Source: Clostridia bacterium
Lineage (GTDB): Bacteria > Bacillota > Clostridia > Oscillospirales > UBA644
Length of the DNA stretch: 32,698 bases
Reading direction: 5' to 3'
Assembly: GCA_017424085.1 (NCBI GenBank)
Contig: JAFPBP010000267.1
Span: 1-32,698, forward strand
Made by a program: the position numbers and the translations under genes. The notes under the pieces are model-generated. The model saw only the letters and a program-made list of their open reading frames with translations. It did no database searches and was not told the DNA's origin. Positions 26,745-32,440 of the stretch are shown here, piece after piece (position 1 is the first letter of the stretch; every line of letters starts with the position of its first letter).

Positions 26745-26765
26745 GACCGACGGCGGCTTTTCTTG
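26727..26765 (-). terminator. Hairpin terminator after the Gfo/Idh/MocA pair
   Basis: The stem gccgccgt (26729-26736) / acggcggc (26750-26757) begins 10 nt after the stop codon at 26768. On the minus strand it is followed by TTTGTG, a short T tract. A TTTTCTT run flanks it on the plus strand. Confidence 0.5.
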
Positions 26766-26767
26766 CA

Positions 26768-27901
26768 TTAAAGTTCGACAAATTGATGGGTTTGCGCCGA
26801 TTTGCGGGCGGCAAGACACATGCGCGCGCTGAGAATTCCTTCCGACAAGGGAGAATGAGAAACGTCCTCCCCCTTCATGACAGCAATGAAGTTCTCCGCC
26901 AGACGGCGGTCTCCTCCGCTGTGGGATCCTGCGCTCTGAATGGTGATCCGATCCTCACGGTCGGACATGTGATCAAAATAGGTGACGGTTTTGGCGTTGA
27001 AATCGAATTCTACGGTGCCCTTGTATCCGATGAAGCGGGCGCCCCGCTTTCCCGCGCCCTTGCGGGCGATGAAGTTCTGGGTGTAGGTGACGCACAAGCC
27101 GTCGTCATACTGCATGAGAACGGTGGCGCTGTCGTGATTCCCCGTATCCACGGCAAAGCAACATTTCGCCGTGGGGACCGCATACTTGGAATCGTACTTT
27201 TCCAGCTGATAGGGCGACTCGGGGCAGGTGAGATATTCGGGACAATCCTTGCACGCCAGCCCTGCGGGCTTGTTGCCCTTGAAGACCATCTTGGACTCCA
27301 TGGCGCAAATGGTTTTGGGGCCGCTGCGTCCGAGAACGTAGTTGATGTAATCCAGATCGTGGGTGGATTTCTGCAGGAACAATCCGCCCGTGATCGATTC
27401 ATCCCGATACCATTTGTGATAGTATCCGCGGGCATAGTTTACGTTATTGTACGCCTGCACCTGAGCAACCTCGCCGATGACGCCGCGATCGATATAATCC
27501 TTCACCACGTCCACCAGCTTTGCCAGCCGCAAGGGGAAGGAGACCACGGTTTTCTCATTCATGAGGGGCTGAATGGTTTCCAGCGCCGTCAACTCCTCCT
27601 CGGTGATGCTGACGGGCTTTTCCAAAAAGAGAGGAAGCCCGTAACGCGCCACCAGAAGGGCGTATTTGGTATGCAGATCACAGCGCGTGCCCAACACGAT
27701 CCCGTCCAGAGTTTCGCAACGAAGCATCTCCTCCGCATCCGCGTACCAGGCACAGTTGGGAAATTCCTCTCCCCGTGCCTTTTTAATTTCCTCCCAACGG
27801 GGATCGGCGATCGCCTTCACCTCGCATTGACCGAAGGAGGCAATGCTGCTCCAGACCGAGGCAGAGCGGCTACCGAAGCCGATAAATCCGATCTTCAACA
27901 T
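26768..27901 (-). CDS. Gfo/Idh/MocA-type oxidoreductase, paralog A, with the Cys motif C-x2-C-x5-C-x20-CC
   Basis: The ORF is 377 aa with an N-terminal dinucleotide-binding start (KIGFIGFGSR) and the family EKP motif (LFLEKPVS). A GGAGG RBS lies in the 15-nt gap after paralog B. The motif cysteines are encoded at 27158-27253. Confidence 0.85.
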   Translation of the reverse strand: MLKIGFIGFGSRSASVWSSIASFGQCEVKAIADPRWEEIKKARGEEFPNCAWYADAEEMLRCETLDGIVLGTRCDLHTKYALLVARYGLPLFLEKPVSITEEELTALETIQPLMNEKTVVSFPLRLAKLVDVVKDYIDRGVIGEVAQVQAYNNVNYARGYYHKWYRDESITGGLFLQKSTHDLDYINYVLGRSGPKTICAMESKMVFKGNKPAGLACKDCPEYLTCPESPYQLEKYDSKYAVPTAKCCFAVDTGNHDSATVLMQYDDGLCVTYTQNFIARKGAGKRGARFIGYKGTVEFDFNAKTVTYFDHMSDREDRITIQSAGSHSGGDRRLAENFIAVMKGEDVSHSPLSEGILSARMCLAARKSAQTHQFVEL

Positions 27902-27916
27902 AACGAACGCCTCCGA

Positions 27917-29050
27917 TTACAGCTCCACAAAAGTATGGGTCCGGGCGGACTTGCGGGCGGCAAGGCACATCTTGGCGCTCAGAATGCCCTGAGACAGGGG
28001 GGAATGGGACACGTCCTTTCCGCTCATGACGTCAATGAAATTCTGCGCCAGATTCAGATCGCCGCCGCTGTGAGAGCCCGTGGACTGAATGGAGATGTGA
28101 TCCACACGGTCGGACATGTGATCGTAATAGGTGACGGTCTTGGCGTTGAAATCGAATTCCACGGTGCCCTTATAGCCGATGAAACGGGCGCCCCGCTTTC
28201 CCGCACCCTTACGGGCGATGAAGTTCTGGGTGTAGGTCACGCACAAGCCGTCGTCGTACTGCATGAGAACGGTGGCGCTGTCGTGGTTGCCCGTGTCGGT
28301 GGCGTAGCAGCATTTTGCGTCGGCGATGACCCGCTTGGGATCGTACTTTTCAATGTTGTACGAAGACTCGGTGCAGGTGAGATATTCGGGGCAATCGGCG
28401 CATTTCACCCCTGCGGGCTTGTCTCCCTTGAAGACAAGCTTGGACTCCATGGCACAGATCGTCTTGGGACCCGTGCGTCCGAGCACGTAGTTAATGTAAT
28501 CCAGATCGTGAGTGGATTTCTGCAGGAACAATCCGCCCGTAATGTCGGTATCGCGATACCAGCCGTGATAATAGATGCGTGCGTAATTGACGTTATTGTA
28601 CGCCTGCACCTGCGCCACCTCGCCGATGACACCGCGATCGATGATATCCTTGACCACGGTCACCAGCTGAGCAACCCGCAGGGGGAAGGAAACCACGGTC
28701 TTTTTGTCCATATGAGGAATGGATTCCAGCTGAGCAATCTCCTCATCGGTGATGCTGACCGGCTTTTCCAAAAAGAGGGGGATATCGTACTTGGCAACCA
28801 GAAGAGCGTACTTGGTATGGAGATTGCAACGGGTGCCGACGAACACGCCGTCAAGCTTCTCCTTCTCCATCATTTCCTCCGCGTTGGTATACCAGGTGCA
28901 ATCGGGAAGCTCCTCTCCCCAGACTGCCTTGATCTCCTCCAGACGGGGATCGGCGATGGCTTTCACGGTGCAAAGACCGAAGGGTGCCAGATTCACCTTC
29001 CAGAAGCCCGAGGCGCGGGATCCGAATCCGATAAATCCTACATTCAACAT
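27917..29050 (-). CDS. Gfo/Idh/MocA-type oxidoreductase, paralog B, with the same Cys motif
   Basis: The ORF is 377 aa and is collinear with paralog A. It shares long identical blocks with A, for example DTGNHDSATVLMQYDDGLCVTYTQNFIARKGAGKRGARFIGYKGTVEFDFNAKTVTY. An AGGAGGAAAA RBS lies upstream. The motif cysteines are encoded at 28307-28402. Confidence 0.85.
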   Translation of the reverse strand: MLNVGFIGFGSRASGFWKVNLAPFGLCTVKAIADPRLEEIKAVWGEELPDCTWYTNAEEMMEKEKLDGVFVGTRCNLHTKYALLVAKYDIPLFLEKPVSITDEEIAQLESIPHMDKKTVVSFPLRVAQLVTVVKDIIDRGVIGEVAQVQAYNNVNYARIYYHGWYRDTDITGGLFLQKSTHDLDYINYVLGRTGPKTICAMESKLVFKGDKPAGVKCADCPEYLTCTESSYNIEKYDPKRVIADAKCCYATDTGNHDSATVLMQYDDGLCVTYTQNFIARKGAGKRGARFIGYKGTVEFDFNAKTVTYYDHMSDRVDHISIQSTGSHSGGDLNLAQNFIDVMSGKDVSHSPLSQGILSAKMCLAARKSARTHTFVEL

Positions 29051-29184
29051 GACGTTTTCCTCCTGTTTGTTTCGATTTCGTTTGAGTTAAGTGTATCACA
29101 TCCGCAGGGCGATTGATAGGGACAAAACGCCTGAGATATGGACAAATCGATCGTCTTATCGGAAAGCTTTCTTTTGCACGGGGA

Positions 29185-29213
29185 TTGACAAGGCACTCAG
29201 AATCTGTTATAAT
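29185..29213 (+). promoter_or_regulatory. Consensus SigA promoter with extended -10 for the deacetylase gene
   Basis: TTGACA (29185-29190), a 17-nt spacer and TATAAT (29208-29213) are preceded by TGT, giving the extended -10 form TGnTATAAT. The site lies 23 nt before the ATG at 29236. Confidence 0.75.
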
Positions 29214-29235
29214 AGGGAAAAGGAGGATGGATTCC

Positions 29236-29946
29236 ATGAACTTCATGCAACGCACCGGAAAAAAGAAGGCTGTCACCTTCAGCTATGACGACGGGGTCAC
29301 TCAGGATATCAACCTCATCGAAATGATGAACCAATACGGTTTGAAGGGCACCTTCAATCTGAACTCGGAGTTATTGGGAAAGCCCGGCATTCTGATTCGG
29401 GAAAACCAAAAGATCTCCCACTATAAGATCCGCCCCGAGGACGTCAAATACGTCTACGACGGGCACGAGGTAGCGGTCCACACCCTGACCCATCCCCTGT
29501 TGACCAAGCTTTCCGACGGGGAGATCATCCGACAGGTGGACGAAGATCGGAAGAATCTGCAGGATCTGGTGGGGTACGACGTGGTGGGGATGGCATACCC
29601 CTGCGGCGGGCAGAACAACGACGATCGCGTAGCTCGGGTGATTCGGGAGAACACGCCCTTGCGCTACTGCAGAACCATCACAAACACCGACAGCTTTGCT
29701 CCGCAGAACGATCTGCATCGGTTCAATCCAAACGTATATCACGTGATGGAATTCGACCGACTCATGGAGATGGGGCGACGGTTTTTGGAGTCCGAAGCGG
29801 AGGGCCCGCAGATCCTTTACGTATGGGGGCATTCCTACGAGCTGGACTTTCATCCCGACAACCGCGTCAAAATGGAAGAATTTTTCAAGCTGATCGCCAA
29901 TCACCCCGATATTTATTACGGCACGAACGCCGAGGTTTTGCTTTGA
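29236..29946 (+). CDS. Polysaccharide deacetylase family protein (NodB homology domain, CE4)
   Basis: It has VTFSYDDG (the TFDDG-type motif 1) and VHTLTHP (the H-x3-H motif 2). I set the start at the ATG at 29236 (MNFMQRTGKK), 9 nt after GGAGG. The track start at 29113 lies upstream of the promoter. Confidence 0.8.
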   Translation: MNFMQRTGKKKAVTFSYDDGVTQDINLIEMMNQYGLKGTFNLNSELLGKPGILIRENQKISHYKIRPEDVKYVYDGHEVAVHTLTHPLLTKLSDGEIIRQVDEDRKNLQDLVGYDVVGMAYPCGGQNNDDRVARVIRENTPLRYCRTITNTDSFAPQNDLHRFNPNVYHVMEFDRLMEMGRRFLESEAEGPQILYVWGHSYELDFHPDNRVKMEEFFKLIANHPDIYYGTNAEVLL

Positions 29947-29955
29947 GAAAACAAT

Positions 29956-29993
29956 AAAAAGGACGAGGAATCCGAAAATTCCTCGTCCTTTTT
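29956..29993. terminator. Bidirectional Rho-independent terminator between convergent genes
   Basis: A perfect 11-bp stem (ggacgaggaat 29961-29971 / attcctcgtcc 29978-29988) is flanked by A5 (29956-29960) and T5 (29989-29993). Confidence 0.9.
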
Positions 29994-30023
29994 GATTGAC
30001 GGGTAACATATTAAGCAAGAAGG

Positions 30024-32225
30024 TTATGCGCGCTTACGGGAAATAAGAACCACAACGCCGCCTGCAACCACGATCACCGCGGCAATGATCGCAATGATGA
30101 TCCAGAGCGCCACGGATCCGGAGTCTCCGACGTCGGTCGCAGAACCGTTGGAATCGGTTTCGGTTTCCGTATCGGAGGGAACGGTGGTGTCGGTCTCGGT
30201 TTCCGACGGAGAAACGGAGGTATCGGTCTCGTTGGTGTCGGTCACCGTTGCAGACGAAGACACGGTGGAATCGGTCTTATCGGTGGTCGAGTCGGTCTTG
30301 GTCGCGGTATCGGAGGAAGGTTTATCGGTCACAGAATCGGTCTTCGTGGAAGTATCGGTAGAGGGCTTGTCGGTTACCGTATCGGTCTTGGTAGAGGTGT
30401 TCGTGGAAGGCTTATCGGTGATCGAATCGGTCTTGGTGGAGGTATTCGTGGAAGGCTTATCGGTGGTATCGGTGGTGGTACCCGTAGACGTGTTCGTGGA
30501 GGTAGACGTATTGGTGGAGGGTTCGTCACCCGAGGAAGCCTTCAACTGGGAAGAAAGATCTCTCTTAACCGTAAAGGAAACGATGTTCTTTTCCCCTCCG
30601 GGAGCGGCGAGAGGTCCTGTGTTATGCAGACGGAAGGTGATATGATCCTTATAGAAGTTGATCTCAAGAAGCTGAACCACCTTCAGCTCCTCAGCGCTGA
30701 GTTTACTCTGATGAGAGTTGCCGTAGAAGCCCAAAGATCCCATGAATGCGGAGATCCAGCCGTTGGTCTTATAGCTGTTATCGGACTGGACCGTGGCACC
30801 GTTTGCGGCAAAGACAAGCTCGGAGGTTGCGAACTGCGCGATGCGGGAGTTATCTCCGTGAATGTGCCCATAAGCGTAGATTGCGTTGGGGAATGCAGAG
30901 AGGACGCTGTTGATCTTATTCTGCGCGGGGCTGTTGGAGGAAACAACCTGCTTGGTGGCGCCGCCGTTGACGACGGTGGGCATGGAGGTGACGGGGTAGT
31001 GGCAGAAGACCACAACGGTCTTATCCTTGCCGATCTTGTTCAGCTGATCCTCAACCCATTCGATCTGCTCCACGTAAATGCCGTTATAGCCCGTCTGGCT
31101 GACCGCGCGGCGATCGCCGAAGGGAGTATTGATGCCGATGAAGGGGATTCCGTTGACGGTATACTTATAGCAAAGGACCTCTTCCTGATATGCAAGGGGC
31201 ACACCGGCGGTAGAAAGCTTCAGCTCGGCGTAGGATGCGGAAGCGTCGTATTTCCCGACGCCCTTTTCCATGAGGGAACCCCAATCGTTGGAGTTTACGG
31301 TAGTATATCCGCCGCTCATATGAACCGAGGGCTCGGGGTCATGGTTCCCCGTAACCACCATAACGGCGCCGTCCTTGGTTGCGGTCTGATACAAGGCATA
31401 GTTCCGATCCAGCAGAGCCTTGATCACGGCGTCGCCGCCCGTCCAGGTAAGGTTGTTGCCGCTGGAATTGTTCCGACGACCGGTCACGTCGCCGCCGATG
31501 AGCAGGACGTCAACGCCGCCCAGAATATTTTTGATGTAATCTACGGCATTCTTGGTGGATTGGCGGTAGGGGGGATTCCAATACTGAATGCCGTATTCGT
31601 GGTGCATATCCGAGAAGCAGGCAACGGAAAGGAGGGGTTCCTCCGTTTCCTCGTACTCCTTGGGAATCTCAACCGTGCTGTACAGCTTAAACTCGCGGGC
31701 ATTCAGGCTATTGCACTGATAGCGGCTGTCGTCCACGTTGGTGAAGCGGAGATATTCCTTCTGATCGTTTTCAAAGGTGACCTTCGCACCGGAGATGATC
31801 ATCTTGACCGTTGCTTTTTCTTCGGTCAAAACGATCTTTCCCTCGGTCAGATTCATATATTTTTTCTGGCTGACCGAATAAAGGGAATATTTTCCGTTGC
31901 CCTCGTCGGTGATCTTCCAAAGGAATTCATCGGTGGGGCTGGATTCGGGCATGGGAGCATAATCCAGACTGTCGTATTCGGTACCGCCCTTCTTGATCAC
32001 GGGGGTGCCGAGGACGGCGCACTTTTGGATCGTGACGTTCTGATCATCCTTGATGCTGCTCGCAGTGGCAATGACGTATTCCTTACCCGAAACGAAGTTG
32101 TTCGTCTGATCGGTCAGGCGTCCCGTGAGAGCCGCAGACGTTTTCATTCCCATAAAAACGGGCGCGATCAGGGCAACGGCAACACAGAGAGCAAGGAGTT
32201 TCTTTTTCAGGGATGTTCCGCTCAT
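30024..32225 (-). CDS. Surface-exposed calcineurin-like metallophosphoesterase with a signal peptide, an unknown N-terminal domain, a Thr/Ser/Asp-rich repeat stalk and a C-terminal TM anchor
   Basis: I set the start at the ATG at 32223-32225 (MSGTSLKKKLLALCVAVALIAPVF), 7 nt after AAAGAGG. Metallophosphoesterase motifs are present (FSDMHH, IGGDVTG, VTGNHD, YGHIHGD). The C-terminus is ALWIIIAIIAAVIVVAGGVVVLISRKRA. The track ORF (882 aa, to 32672) is an artefactual extension through non-coding repeats. Confidence 0.85.
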   Translation of the reverse strand: MSGTSLKKKLLALCVAVALIAPVFMGMKTSAALTGRLTDQTNNFVSGKEYVIATASSIKDDQNVTIQKCAVLGTPVIKKGGTEYDSLDYAPMPESSPTDEFLWKITDEGNGKYSLYSVSQKKYMNLTEGKIVLTEEKATVKMIISGAKVTFENDQKEYLRFTNVDDSRYQCNSLNAREFKLYSTVEIPKEYEETEEPLLSVACFSDMHHEYGIQYWNPPYRQSTKNAVDYIKNILGGVDVLLIGGDVTGRRNNSSGNNLTWTGGDAVIKALLDRNYALYQTATKDGAVMVVTGNHDPEPSVHMSGGYTTVNSNDWGSLMEKGVGKYDASASYAELKLSTAGVPLAYQEEVLCYKYTVNGIPFIGINTPFGDRRAVSQTGYNGIYVEQIEWVEDQLNKIGKDKTVVVFCHYPVTSMPTVVNGGATKQVVSSNSPAQNKINSVLSAFPNAIYAYGHIHGDNSRIAQFATSELVFAANGATVQSDNSYKTNGWISAFMGSLGFYGNSHQSKLSAEELKVVQLLEINFYKDHITFRLHNTGPLAAPGGEKNIVSFTVKRDLSSQLKASSGDEPSTNTSTSTNTSTGTTTDTTDKPSTNTSTKTDSITDKPSTNTSTKTDTVTDKPSTDTSTKTDSVTDKPSSDTATKTDSTTDKTDSTVSSSATVTDTNETDTSVSPSETETDTTVPSDTETETDSNGSATDVGDSGSVALWIIIAIIAAVIVVAGGVVVLISRKRA
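30285..30464. repeat. In-frame 45-bp tandem repeat (4 good copies plus a degenerate fifth at 30240-30284) encoding TDKPSTNTSTKTDS[IV]
   Basis: The protein reads TDKPSTNTSTKTDSI / TDKPSTNTSTKTDTV / TDKPSTDTSTKTDSV / TDKPSSDTATKTDST / TDKTDSTVSSSATVT. The matching DNA units (ggcttatcggtg..tcggtcttggt...) are visible on the plus strand. Confidence 0.85.
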
Positions 32226-32307
32226 AGTTTTACCTCTTTCCTTCGACGGACAGGTTTTTTGAAGAATTCCCTTAAGGGAATTTTCCATGGATCGTCCGTA
32301 TGCCATC

Positions 32308-32336
32308 ATTGTAGCATAAACCGACAGAAAAAGCAA
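32308..32336 (-). promoter_or_regulatory. SigA-type promoter with extended -10 for the metallophosphoesterase gene
   Basis: The reverse strand reads TTGCTT, then 17 nt, then TACAAT preceded by TGC (-35 at 32331-32336, -10 at 32308-32313). It lies about 80 nt upstream of the ATG at 32225. Confidence 0.6.
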
Positions 32337-32392
32337 GCCTTTTTTCGAAATGAAAAAGAAAAGCCACAACCGACGGAGGGACGACGAGCGGT

Positions 32393-32437
32393 GACGAGGG
32401 GGACGAGGGGGACGAGGGGGACGAGGGGGACGAGGGG
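32393..32437. repeat. Perfect 9-bp minisatellite (GACGAGGGG) x5
   Basis: Five identical head-to-tail units are read directly at 32393-32437. Degenerate copies (gacggaggg, acgacgagcggt) precede them at 32372-32392. Confidence 0.95.
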
Positions 32438-32440
32438 TTG

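Noticed and set aside
26783-29116. A 777-aa ORF on the plus strand spanning both Gfo/Idh/MocA genes
   Set aside because: It is antisense to two well-supported genes and even crosses their intergenic gap. Its internal duplication only mirrors the paralogy on the other strand. It has no RBS and no motifs.
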